From contig CACJMW010000003.1 in assembly GCA_902594655.1 (NCBI GenBank), forward strand, positions 12,403 to 76,402: 64,000 nt of DNA, read 5' to 3'. Positions 31,851 to 40,980 of this stretch are shown here, in pieces. A program made the translations under genes and the position numbers. Within the stretch, counting starts at the first letter, position 1. Each line of letters opens with the position of its first letter. The notes under the pieces were generated by a model, which saw only the letters and a list, made by a program, of their open reading frames with translations, was not told the DNA's origin and did not search any database. Source of the stretch: an uncultured Pelagibacteraceae bacterium (GTDB lineage: Bacteria; Pseudomonadota; Alphaproteobacteria; Pelagibacterales; Pelagibacteraceae).

Positions 31851-32747
31851 ATGTTGGAATATATAGTAATTGGAGCATTAGCAGTTGTAGTTGTTTTTGT
31901 TTTATTAATTTATCAAAAGTTAAATTCAAAAGATAAATCCGAAGATTTTGCAGATATATCAAACAAACTAGATAACATTGATAAAGCTCAATCCAACATT
32001 GAAGAATTAAATATAAAAATCACTGATTTTTCTAACTTATTTAGTGACAAAACTAGAAGAGGGAAAATGGGCAATGAGTATCTAGAAGATATTGTTAAAG
32101 ATTGCTTAATTTCAAAACATTATAATTTTGAACACACTCTTTCAAACGACAAGCGAGTTGATTGTCTTTTGACTTTTAACCAAGATGTATCAAGTGAGAT
32201 TATTTGTATAGATTCTAAATTCTCTTGGGAAAATTATAAAAATTATAACCAAGAAACAGATGAACAAAGACGAAAAAATTACCTTAAAGAATTTGAAAAA
32301 AATATCAGCAAACATGTAGATGATATTTCTGAAAAATATGTAATTACAGGTGAAACAGCCCCTTATGCAATTATGTTTGTTGCTTCAGAAGGAGTTTTTA
32401 GAGCAATAGAGGAAATTTCTGATGATTTTATCAAGGAAGCTCGTAAGAAAAATGTGATTATTACTTCTCCAAGTACACTTTGGAGTTTTCTAAGAACATA
32501 TAGATTATTAATGCAAAATAGAGAAATGTATGAACAAACACATGTTATTCAAAAAGAGGTTGATGGTTTATCTCAAATTATAGAAACTTTCAAAGATAGA
32601 TTTAAAGAGCTGGAGACAAGACATAATAACAACTCTGATACAATTGAAAAATTAAAAACATCAGTAAACAAAATAACAAAAGCTTCAGAAAGAATTCAAA
32701 ATCTTGAAATAAATGAAAATATTAAAAAGAGAGTTGGAGAAAAATAA
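31851..32747 (+). CDS. RmuC-family protein (TM anchor, coiled coil, nuclease-like domain)
   Basis: N-terminal TM; K.RRGKMGN..LE, RVDC, IDSKF, H..DISEKY, MFVASE, SPSTL...L; GAGG SD at 31842. Confidence 0.85.
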   Translation: MLEYIVIGALAVVVVFVLLIYQKLNSKDKSEDFADISNKLDNIDKAQSNIEELNIKITDFSNLFSDKTRRGKMGNEYLEDIVKDCLISKHYNFEHTLSNDKRVDCLLTFNQDVSSEIICIDSKFSWENYKNYNQETDEQRRKNYLKEFEKNISKHVDDISEKYVITGETAPYAIMFVASEGVFRAIEEISDDFIKEARKKNVIITSPSTLWSFLRTYRLLMQNREMYEQTHVIQKEVDGLSQIIETFKDRFKELETRHNNNSDTIEKLKTSVNKITKASERIQNLEINENIKKRVGEK

Positions 32748-34198
32748 TGAAATACGTATTGTATGATATTGAAACAGATCAAGCTGCAACAGATTGGGCT
32801 ACTATTATTGAATTTGGCGCCCTATTATTAGATGAAAATTTTAAAGAAATTGAGCGATTTAGTGCAAGATGTCGATTACCTCAAGACAGAGTTCCTAGCG
32901 CAGCTGCTTTATGTGTTAACCGGTCTTCAATTGATCTACTGACTAAACAAAATTTATCCCACTATCAATTAATTGGCCAGGTGGAACAAAAATTTAAAGA
33001 CTGGTCTAAAACATCGCCGCTGACCTTCATTGGTTTTTCGTCAATAAATTTTGATGAGGAGTGCGTTAGGAAGGAGTTTTTTAAATCTTTAAGAGATCCA
33101 TATTTAACAAATACAAAAGGCAATGTTCGACATGATGCACTCAATATAATTAGAGCAGCATATGCAGTTGACCCAACTGTTTTAAATACTGAATTAAATT
33201 CAAAAGGAAATGTTTCAATGAAATTAGAATCGCTTGGAAGATTAAATGGCTTTGATACAGAGGCGAGCCATTCCGCGCTATTTGATGCTGAATTAACTGG
33301 AAACGTACTTTCAATTGTAAAACAGAAACAACCAGAGTTATGGCAGACTTATTTTAATACAAGTAGCAGACAAAAAGTTGAGGAGATTATCAAAAAAGAA
33401 ACCATGATAACGGTCAATGAATATTTTTATTCTCGTAGTCGCTTGTACCTCTGTGCACCACTGCATCCAAGCAATTGTATACATCCTATTTGGAAATATG
33501 GGCAAGCAGTAGATTTACGTACAGACGTAGAACCTTTGTTTAAATTATCTTATTCAGAACTTAAAAAAGAAATGAACAAAGCCCCTAAATTTTTAAGAAC
33601 TATTCGTTCTAATAAAGCGCCAATCATAATTGATGCAAGTTATGGAATGAAAGTTGAACCTTATAATGCAATAGGCCGAGATCTATTAAAAAAAAGAGCT
33701 GAATTAGTAAAATCTAATGCAAAATTTGCTGAAGATGTGTGCAATATTTTAAGAGAAAATGCAGAAGAAAAAGCTGAAACAGATTCTCAGGTAGATTTAG
33801 AGCCTGAAGAACAGATCTACAAAGGATTTACACCTGACAAAGATAAATTTCTTTTTCCAAAATGGCATGCAGCTCCTTGGGATGAAAAATTCAAAATGTT
33901 AGATAAATTTGAAGATAAAAGAATGAAAATATTTGGTGAACAAGTCATTTTTAATGAAGCTCCAGATGTATTACCTGAACCAGTTTATAAGAAAATTAAA
34001 AAGAAAATTGCAGATAGAATTTTAAGTATGGGTAATGAAAAGTGGGGGACTATTGCAAAACTCCAAAAAGAGATTGATGATTTAAGAGAAAAAGATGACA
34101 TGATGTTTGCGTTTAAATCAAAGGATGAAAAATTAAAATTTTTAGATGAAATTGATCAATATGGAAACTTTTTAGAGGAGAAATATTCTAAGATTTAA
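32747..34198 (+). CDS. Exonuclease I (SbcB-like DEDDh 3'-5' ssDNA exonuclease)
   Basis: ExoI YDIET, ExoII NFDEE..R, S.KLE.L...NG, ExoIII HSALFD, NKAP, EEQIY.GF. Confidence 0.85.
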   Translation: MKYVLYDIETDQAATDWATIIEFGALLLDENFKEIERFSARCRLPQDRVPSAAALCVNRSSIDLLTKQNLSHYQLIGQVEQKFKDWSKTSPLTFIGFSSINFDEECVRKEFFKSLRDPYLTNTKGNVRHDALNIIRAAYAVDPTVLNTELNSKGNVSMKLESLGRLNGFDTEASHSALFDAELTGNVLSIVKQKQPELWQTYFNTSSRQKVEEIIKKETMITVNEYFYSRSRLYLCAPLHPSNCIHPIWKYGQAVDLRTDVEPLFKLSYSELKKEMNKAPKFLRTIRSNKAPIIIDASYGMKVEPYNAIGRDLLKKRAELVKSNAKFAEDVCNILRENAEEKAETDSQVDLEPEEQIYKGFTPDKDKFLFPKWHAAPWDEKFKMLDKFEDKRMKIFGEQVIFNEAPDVLPEPVYKKIKKKIADRILSMGNEKWGTIAKLQKEIDDLREKDDMMFAFKSKDEKLKFLDEIDQYGNFLEEKYSKI

Positions 34199-34200
34199 TT

Positions 34201-34641
34201 ATGATTAAAAAACTTTTTAAACTTTTTACAAAGAAAAAAAGAGTTAAGAAAAAAGAAATCAAGAAAACAGAAAAAAAAGCAGAAGTTATCAATTTCATCA
34301 ATAAGTCAAAAGATAACAATAAAATCCAAACAGAAAAAATGGAAAAGAGTAAAATGGATGATCTAGCAAAAGAACTAGTGGAGACTTATTTAAAGGCTTC
34401 TAGAAAAAGCTTTTTAGATATGGGATACTGCTTTTATATATTTTTATATAGATTGTTACAGAGAATGATATTTCAGTTTAGCTATCCTCTTTATCGTCAT
34501 TATTTAAAAGCAACAACAAAAGAAATCTTAAACAATCATAAAGAATGGCTCCATGAATTTAAAGAATGGGATGAAGCACCTAAAGAAGGTAAATTAATTG
34601 GAGAAAAAAAACCAGATAATGAAAATGATACATTGCATTAA
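34201..34641 (+). CDS. Hypothetical protein
   Basis: 146-aa ORF 2 nt after the exonuclease stop; Lys-rich N-terminus, aromatic helical core, C-terminal TLH. Confidence 0.6.
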   Translation: MIKKLFKLFTKKKRVKKKEIKKTEKKAEVINFINKSKDNNKIQTEKMEKSKMDDLAKELVETYLKASRKSFLDMGYCFYIFLYRLLQRMIFQFSYPLYRHYLKATTKEILNNHKEWLHEFKEWDEAPKEGKLIGEKKPDNENDTLH

Positions 34642-34673
34642 TTTATGATAAAGTAATTGATACTAAATAGATT

Positions 34674-35798
34674 ATGAAACAACAGATTAAATGCCCCCAT
34701 TGTAATAAAGTATTTCCAATTGAAGAAAGCTTAAAACATGAAGCACAAGAGTATCGCAAAAAACTTCAAAAAGAAGAACAATTAAAGTCTAAAAAAAGAG
34801 AGCAAGAACTAGAAAATAAACTAAATCAAAAGTTAGAAAAACAACAACAAGAGCACCAGAAACAATTAGAAAAAATAAAAATAGATGAGCAGAAAAAGAT
34901 AAAAGAAGAAGCAAAAAAACAAGCCACAGAAGAACTTAAAGAAATTAAAAAAGAAAGCCAAGAAAACGAGAAAAGAATAAAATTAGAAGTAGAGAAAAAA
35001 GCTAAAAAAGAAATTGATTCCTTAAAAGAAGAAAAAGAAAAAATAAAAAAAGCTCACCAAATTGATATTGAAAGAATGAGAAAAAAAGCAGAAGAAGCAG
35101 CTAGAGTGGCCAGTCAAAGCCCTGTTGAAAGAAAAGGTGAGGTTCAAGAAGAATTATTAGAAGAGTATCTTAAAAAAGAGTTTCCCCAGGATAAATTTGA
35201 ACCTGTTAAAAAAGGTAAACGAGGAGCAGATGTTATTCAATTTGTTCAATCCAAAAATCAAACCATTGGTAAAATGCTACATGAAAGTAAAGATGTGCTT
35301 AATTTTGATGAGAAATGGGTATCAAAATTATTAGATGATATGTCAACGGAAGACGCAATTGTTGGATTTATTTATACAAAAGTGATGCCAAAAAAATCTA
35401 ATAATTATGTGGAAGAAAGAGAAAATGGAAAAATTATAATTTGTTGTGAAAGACCTGTTTTAAGGCAATTAGTAGCCACACATAGAAAACTCATTCAACA
35501 ATTGAATAAAAATCAATTAAGCAAAAATGATGTTTCCGCAAAAGCTCAAAAACTTTATAATTATATAAATGGTAATGAATTTAGAATTCAATATAGCAAA
35601 ACCATTAATGGAATTAAAAAAGAAGGTCTACAAATTGACAAAGATGAAAGATCATACCAACTACAAATTAAGAATCGAAAAAGTAATTTTGACGAAAATA
35701 AAAAAAATATAAGATCAATTATTACATCCATTTTAATTAATAGTGACTTATCCGAAGACTTATTAGATGTGGATGAAGACAATTTAATGCTTGATTAA
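34674..35798 (+). CDS. DUF2130-like coiled-coil protein with N-terminal CxxC and restriction-endonuclease-like C-domain
   Basis: IKCPHC, long E/K/Q coiled coil, KGEVQE..LE, KG.RGADVIQ, LHESK....F...W..KL.DD. Confidence 0.8.
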   Translation: MKQQIKCPHCNKVFPIEESLKHEAQEYRKKLQKEEQLKSKKREQELENKLNQKLEKQQQEHQKQLEKIKIDEQKKIKEEAKKQATEELKEIKKESQENEKRIKLEVEKKAKKEIDSLKEEKEKIKKAHQIDIERMRKKAEEAARVASQSPVERKGEVQEELLEEYLKKEFPQDKFEPVKKGKRGADVIQFVQSKNQTIGKMLHESKDVLNFDEKWVSKLLDDMSTEDAIVGFIYTKVMPKKSNNYVEERENGKIIICCERPVLRQLVATHRKLIQQLNKNQLSKNDVSAKAQKLYNYINGNEFRIQYSKTINGIKKEGLQIDKDERSYQLQIKNRKSNFDENKKNIRSIITSILINSDLSEDLLDVDEDNLMLD

Positions 35799-35824
35799 TT
35801 TATTTTTATTTCTATAAAAAACAT

Positions 35825-36194
35825 ATGGCAACGATTAGTGTTACAGATGATAATTTTGATACAGAAGTCATTAAAGCTGGAAAACCAGTCATAGTTGACT
35901 TTTGGGCTGAATGGTGTCGATAGTCCCCTTGGTTTTTCCAGGGGGACTATCGATACAAAAAACTGAGGACCTTGTAAGATGATCGGACCGATCCTCGAGG
36001 AACTTTCAGATGAAATGTCAGCTCAAGTCACTATTGCAAAACATAACATTGATAATGAACCTAATACACCGACCAAGTACGGCGTAAGAGGAATTCCAAC
36101 TATGTTACTGTTTAAAGGCGGTGAACTTAAAGCTACAAAAGTTGGAGCAACAACTAAATCAGATTTAAAATCTTGGATAGAGCAGAATATTTAA
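35825..36194 (+). CDS. trxA: Thioredoxin, interrupted by a 49-nt insert at the active site (recoded gene or recent pseudogene)
   Basis: 35825-35917 encodes [31 protein letters not shown]; 35967-36194 encodes [12 protein letters not shown]...YGVRGIPT...NI*. Removing 35918-35966 gives a 106-aa WCGPC thioredoxin. Confidence 0.92.
35914..35966. repeat. 19-bp hairpin insert within trxA
   Basis: GTGTCGATAGTCCCCTTGG-TTTTT-CCAGGGGGACTATCGATAC (35914-35956; two G:U pairs), followed by AAAAAACTGA. Confidence 0.93.
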
Positions 36195-37459
36195 TTAAGA
36201 TTTAAAACTTCTCCAACCATATAAAGCGAACCTGCAAAAAGACAAATTGTTTCTTGATGTTTAGAGTTTATTTTAACTGCTTCTTTAATTGATTGAGATA
36301 GATTTATTTCCATTTTTAAAGCATTCAATTTATCTTTAAATTCTTCTTTTGAAATTGATCCCACCTGATTAGGTATATCAATCAAAGTTATTGATTTAAC
36401 TATACCTTTAAAATGCTTCATAAATTCATAATGTTCTTTATCTTTCATCATTCCACAGATTAAGTGAACATCTTGTTGTTGCTGTTTTATCCAATTGGAA
36501 ATAGATATACTCGAGCTTTCATTATGACCTCCATCAATAATTAATCTATTTTTGCCACAAATATTTTTTAGTTTACCAAAGTGTAATTCCTGCAATCTTC
36601 CTTTAAGTTCAATATTAGTAATACCTTTTTTTATATGTTCATCTTTAACATTAAACATCTTTCTTGATGCAGCTATAGAAGTACTGATATTATATAGTTG
36701 GTGATCTCCTAGTAAATTTGGCTCTGGTAGTATTATCTCACTAATATTATCTTGATAATGTATAAATCCATTTTCTTGCTTTGAAACATTAAAGTCTTTT
36801 CCAAAAAAATATTTGTTAGATGAGTTATTTACAAGAGCATTTTCTATTTTGTCTCTTATATTTTCATTAATTTGTCTATTTACAAATATATTTGAGTTAA
36901 GAAGCTTAGATGTTTTTTCATAAATTATACTGTCTATAGTTTTATTTTTGAGCCATTGTAAATGGTCGGTATGTATCACCCCAACTAAGCTCATAAGATT
37001 ATTTTTAAAAACATTTGTACTATCAAATTGAAAAAAAAGACCAGCCTCTATTATGTTTACATTATCTTTAAAATTTTCTGCATATTTTAAAAAAGCACAA
37101 GTTAAAATTTCAAAAATGCTTGCATTATCATCTCCTAGCACTTTTTCTATGTAACTTAATATTTCAATAAGATCTTCTTCTTTAATTTCCTCATCATTAA
37201 ATATAAATCTTTCAGTAAAAGATTGGAGGTGAGGTGAGGTATATAAATTACATTTGTACCCTGCTTTATTCAATATAGATTTGAGACTGTAAGCCATACT
37301 TGCTTTGGCATTTGTACCAACTACATTAATAACATTTCTTATTTTACCTTGTGGATTCCCAAGTTTTTTAAGGAGGTTAAATGTTCGATCTAAAGATAAA
37401 TCAATTTTACGTTTATGATGCCTCTCTAGTTTGGATATTAATATCTGAAGTTTGTTCAT
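36191..37459 (-). CDS. folC: Folylpolyglutamate synthase/dihydrofolate synthase
   Basis: VGTNAKAS (variant of GTNGKGS), YTSPHL....ER, FE.LT, IEAGL....DSTNV, DGGHN, GSLY.VG. Confidence 0.9.
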   Translation of the reverse strand: MNKLQILISKLERHHKRKIDLSLDRTFNLLKKLGNPQGKIRNVINVVGTNAKASMAYSLKSILNKAGYKCNLYTSPHLQSFTERFIFNDEEIKEEDLIEILSYIEKVLGDDNASIFEILTCAFLKYAENFKDNVNIIEAGLFFQFDSTNVFKNNLMSLVGVIHTDHLQWLKNKTIDSIIYEKTSKLLNSNIFVNRQINENIRDKIENALVNNSSNKYFFGKDFNVSKQENGFIHYQDNISEIILPEPNLLGDHQLYNISTSIAASRKMFNVKDEHIKKGITNIELKGRLQELHFGKLKNICGKNRLIIDGGHNESSSISISNWIKQQQQDVHLICGMMKDKEHYEFMKHFKGIVKSITLIDIPNQVGSISKEEFKDKLNALKMEINLSQSIKEAVKINSKHQETICLFAGSLYMVGEVLNLN

Positions 37460-38342
37460 TATTTTCTGAATTTACTTCAGAATTTTTCTTAAGCAATAAA
37501 GATAATAATAATTTTATTTCAGAGGCTAAATTCTTTCTTTCAACAATCCTATCAACAAAACCATGCTTTAATAAAAATTCTGCTGTCTGAAAATCTGGTG
37601 GCAACTCTTCCTTTACAGTTGCTTGTACTACTCTACGTCCTGCAAATGCAATTAATGCTCCTGGTTCAGAAAACTGTATATCGCCCAACATAGCAAAACT
37701 TGCAGTTATACCCCCCGCAGTTGGGTCAGTGAAGCAGACTAAGTAGGGTAAATTATTTTTTTTTAATTCATTAATTGCTAGTGTTGTTTTAGTCATTCCT
37801 GCTAGAGCAATTGGGCTTTCAAACATTCTCTGACCACCGCCACAAGGAAAAAAAACAAAGGGTGTTTTATTATCAATTGCATGTTGTACACCATAAACAA
37901 TAGCTTCTGTCTCGGCAGCACCACTTGAGCCGCCAATAAAATTAAAGTTTGTGGCTCCAATAGTAATGTCTATGCCACGTAAATTTCCTTTAGCAATAAC
38001 CACAGCACAATCTTGATTTGTTTTTTTTCTAGCATCTTTTAACCTGTCCTTATAAGATTTTGTGTCAATCCATCCTAAAGGATCATCTTTAGGTATTGGA
38101 GTTTTTAAAATTTCATAATTTGAAAATCCTAATAAATCAAATCTTTGTTTTGGACTAATTCTGTGATGTTTATTACAATGTGGGCATACAAATAAATTTT
38201 CTTCTAATTCTTTTTTTAATAAAGGTCCTTTGCAACAACTTGTCCAAGCGCTACTTTCTCTTTCAGATCTAGTAGGAAATTTTTTATTAATATTTTGTTT
38301 TATACTTTCACCGAGTTTTTTTATTTTATTTATCCAATTCAT
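37413..38342 (-). CDS. accD: Acetyl-CoA carboxylase carboxyltransferase beta subunit
   Basis: F.FIGGS.G, GGQRMFE, PTAGGITASFAMLGD, FAGRRV, FQTAEFLL.HG.VD. Confidence 0.95.
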   Translation of the reverse strand: MNWINKIKKLGESIKQNINKKFPTRSERESSAWTSCCKGPLLKKELEENLFVCPHCNKHHRISPKQRFDLLGFSNYEILKTPIPKDDPLGWIDTKSYKDRLKDARKKTNQDCAVVIAKGNLRGIDITIGATNFNFIGGSSGAAETEAIVYGVQHAIDNKTPFVFFPCGGGQRMFESPIALAGMTKTTLAINELKKNNLPYLVCFTDPTAGGITASFAMLGDIQFSEPGALIAFAGRRVVQATVKEELPPDFQTAEFLLKHGFVDRIVERKNLASEIKLLLSLLLKKNSEVNSENNEQTSDINIQTREAS

Positions 38343-39139
38343 GAAATTAACTTTTTTAACTTTATCACATTTTGGCTTACATTTGTGACAGGATTTTGTC
38401 CTTTTTTAATACTTTTTGTAATTTCCTCACAAATAGCACTTCCAACAACTAAGCCATCTGCTGATTTTAATTTACCAATTGTTTTTTTGGTTATTCCAAA
38501 ACCAATTATATAATTCTTTCTTGGATTTATTTTTTTTATTTTTTGATAGTTTTTTATAATATTCTTTGGAGAAACTTTTAATTTTCCTCCAGTTGTAGAC
38601 AACATTGAGATGTAATAAATCATATCATGTGAGTCTTTAATAATTTTTTTTGCTCTACTATTAGATGTAGTAGGTGAAATAAGTTGAACAAAACAAATAT
38701 TTTTTTTTTTGCATTTTTTTGCAAATAATTTATTTTCTGGCCAAGGTAAATCTACTACGATAATTCCATCAACGCCCGAATTTTTACACTTAATTAAAAA
38801 ATTATTTTCTCCGAATTGATATATCATATTATAATAACCCATTAAAATTAATGGTGTAGAAAATTTATTTTTTTTAAATTTTTTAACTATCTCAAAGACA
38901 TCATTGATTTTTATTCCATTTTTAATTGCTCGATAAGCACTTGTCTGGATTTGACCACCGTCAGCTATAGGTGTATTGTGTGGGAATCCAAGTTCACAAA
39001 TATCAACAATTTTGGATAATGAATTCAATATTTCAATTGATGTTTTTTTTGAATTGTCTCCAGCCACTGTATAAGTTAGTAGAGCGGGACGCTTTTTTTG
39101 TTTTGCCCTTTTAAATGCTTGGCTAATCGAATTCTGCAT
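38339..39139 (-). CDS. trpA: Tryptophan synthase alpha chain
   Basis: ELGFP...PIADG..IQ, LMGYYN, VDLP, GFGI, DGLVVGSA. Confidence 0.95.
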   Translation of the reverse strand: MQNSISQAFKRAKQKKRPALLTYTVAGDNSKKTSIEILNSLSKIVDICELGFPHNTPIADGGQIQTSAYRAIKNGIKINDVFEIVKKFKKNKFSTPLILMGYYNMIYQFGENNFLIKCKNSGVDGIIVVDLPWPENKLFAKKCKKKNICFVQLISPTTSNSRAKKIIKDSHDMIYYISMLSTTGGKLKVSPKNIIKNYQKIKKINPRKNYIIGFGITKKTIGKLKSADGLVVGSAICEEITKSIKKGQNPVTNVSQNVIKLKKLIS

Positions 39140-40367
39140 ATTTTTTACCCAATCTTACTTTTAAAATATTTTTATCTTTGTGTGCATCTCCACAACTATT
39201 AACTACGACAATTGTATTTTTGCTTAATTTTCTAGATTCTCTTATTGCAACTGAGAAAGCGTGACAAGGTTCGAGAGACGGTCTTAGATTTTCAAATTTG
39301 GTTACAAGCTTATAAGCACTTAAAGCGTCTTCATCACTTGCAGCAGTGTATCTAGCTCTTTTAGTATCCTTTAAAAAACAATGTAATGGAGATACGCCTG
39401 GATAATCTAATCCAGCTGAAATAGATTCTGTTTCCTCAATTTGACCGTCATTGTTTTGATTCACGTATTGGGATGCTCCATGAAGAATTCCAATTTTTGA
39501 TCCATAAGTTAGTGGTGCAGCATGTCTTTTACTATTTTTTGGACCACCGGCCTCTATCCCAATAAGTTCAACTTGATTTTTTGGGTAATCTATAAACTCA
39601 CTCCAAAAACCATAACTAGAAGATCCACCTCCTACACAGTTATAAAGTTTTAATTTTTTTGGAATTTTACCAAACTCGTCTTTAATTTGAACTTTTAACT
39701 CTCTAGATATTTGGCTAGTACTCCATCCACATATTTTTACAAAAATATTTGGTCCAACTGTAGAACCGACACACATAGCAGTTGTATCGCAATTTGCTAC
39801 CCAGTATCTCATACATTCTGAAACTGCATCTACAAGAGTTTGGCTGCCAGTGTATACCGGTATAACCTCTGCACCATTTTTCTTCATTGATTTAACATTT
39901 GGTTGTTGTCTTTGTATATCTTTTGCGCCCATAAAAATTTTACATTTAAGCCCGAATTTTTTTGCAGCCATACTTAGCATTTTTCCCGCATAACCAGCAC
40001 CCGTATCACCAACTATAAACTTTTTTCCAGCTTTTTTTGCCAGCAAACAATGTACTGTAGCATTATATATTTTGTGAGCACCTCCATTTGCATCTGAAAC
40101 TACTTTACTCCAAATTTCTGCTCCTTTTAAATGATTTGATAAATTTTCAAGCTTTATAAATCTGGTAGGGGATCCAATCCAACTTTTGAAATATTTATCT
40201 CTTTCACCAATAAAATTTTTATTATTTCTCAACTTAGAAAAAAGATTTTCTAAATCTTTAATAGGTTTTTTAAGTGTTTCAGGTACAAAATTTCCCCCAA
40301 ATTTTTTACCCCAGATACCAAACTTATCATGTTGATCAATCAATTGAATTTTTTTTCTAATTTTCAT
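39123..40367 (-). CDS. trpB: Tryptophan synthase beta chain (divergent motifs)
   Basis: FGG.FVPETL, GAHK (PLP Lys), CVGGGS, SISAGLDYPGV; located in trpF-trpB-trpA. Confidence 0.92.
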   Translation of the reverse strand: MKIRKKIQLIDQHDKFGIWGKKFGGNFVPETLKKPIKDLENLFSKLRNNKNFIGERDKYFKSWIGSPTRFIKLENLSNHLKGAEIWSKVVSDANGGAHKIYNATVHCLLAKKAGKKFIVGDTGAGYAGKMLSMAAKKFGLKCKIFMGAKDIQRQQPNVKSMKKNGAEVIPVYTGSQTLVDAVSECMRYWVANCDTTAMCVGSTVGPNIFVKICGWSTSQISRELKVQIKDEFGKIPKKLKLYNCVGGGSSSYGFWSEFIDYPKNQVELIGIEAGGPKNSKRHAAPLTYGSKIGILHGASQYVNQNNDGQIEETESISAGLDYPGVSPLHCFLKDTKRARYTAASDEDALSAYKLVTKFENLRPSLEPCHAFSVAIRESRKLSKNTIVVVNSCGDAHKDKNILKVRLGKKYAEFD

Positions 40368-40980
40368 ATTCTTTGATGTTCTTTAAAAAATTATCTATTT
40401 TTTGTAAATCTTTTTTTCCTTCCTCATTTTCTAATGAGCCACTTAAATCAATAAAATAATCAGTTTCTTTTATATACGGAATGCTATCAATTTTAATATT
40501 CCCAGCTATCATTTTTGTAATATTGTTAGACACATTTGATAAAAAATTATGGTCAAAACTTACTGATTTTTCATATCCCTTTCCATCAAATAGAATAATA
40601 TCAGAAATATCTTTATAAAATATATATTTTTCTACATCCTCTTGTTTTTCAATTGTTAAAGCTGAAATTATTTTTTTTTTATATTTTTTTTTTATTAATT
40701 CTGTCCTATCAGGATCAACATTATATAATTGATAGTAGTCAAAATTTAGATTCTTTATTTCCTCTAATATTTCATTATCAGGATTAACTAAAACAGAAAC
40801 AAAATTTATATTTCCTTTATTTATTTGAATTAATTCTTTTAATTTGTCTAACGGAACATAACGTTTACTTTTTTCATAATTGCATATGAAACCTATAAAT
40901 TTTGGAGGATATTGATGATTTAAAATATAGTTTAATGTTTTAGAGTCCGATATGCCGCAAATTTTTACACCTTTGATCAT
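40357..40980 (-). CDS. trpF: Phosphoribosylanthranilate isomerase
   Basis: VKICGI, GFI....SKRYV, LFD, AG.I, IDLSGSLE...G.KD. Confidence 0.88.
   Translation of the reverse strand: MIKGVKICGISDSKTLNYILNHQYPPKFIGFICNYEKSKRYVPLDKLKELIQINKGNINFVSVLVNPDNEILEEIKNLNFDYYQLYNVDPDRTELIKKKYKKKIISALTIEKQEDVEKYIFYKDISDIILFDGKGYEKSVSFDHNFLSNVSNNITKMIAGNIKIDSIPYIKETDYFIDLSGSLENEEGKKDLQKIDNFLKNIKEYEN

Larger units (their letters stand above)
30793..35820. other. Accessory nuclease-rich block between hisG and trxA
   Basis: Five co-oriented non-housekeeping genes (four with nuclease motifs) and an unusually long, structured intergenic region. No integrase or att repeat seen. Confidence 0.6.

Noticed and set aside
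35914-35962. trxA hairpin as an intrinsic terminator
   Set aside because: On + the stem is followed by A6, and on - the U-run precedes the stem, so neither strand has hairpin-then-U-tract geometry. It also sits mid-gene.
35951-35977. Bypass landing on the perfectly matched CGA (35951) or TGT (35973)
   Set aside because: CGA 35951 is in the take-off frame and reaches TAA at 35975-77. Landing on TGT 35973 would delete GPC and the second Cys. Neither restores CXXC.
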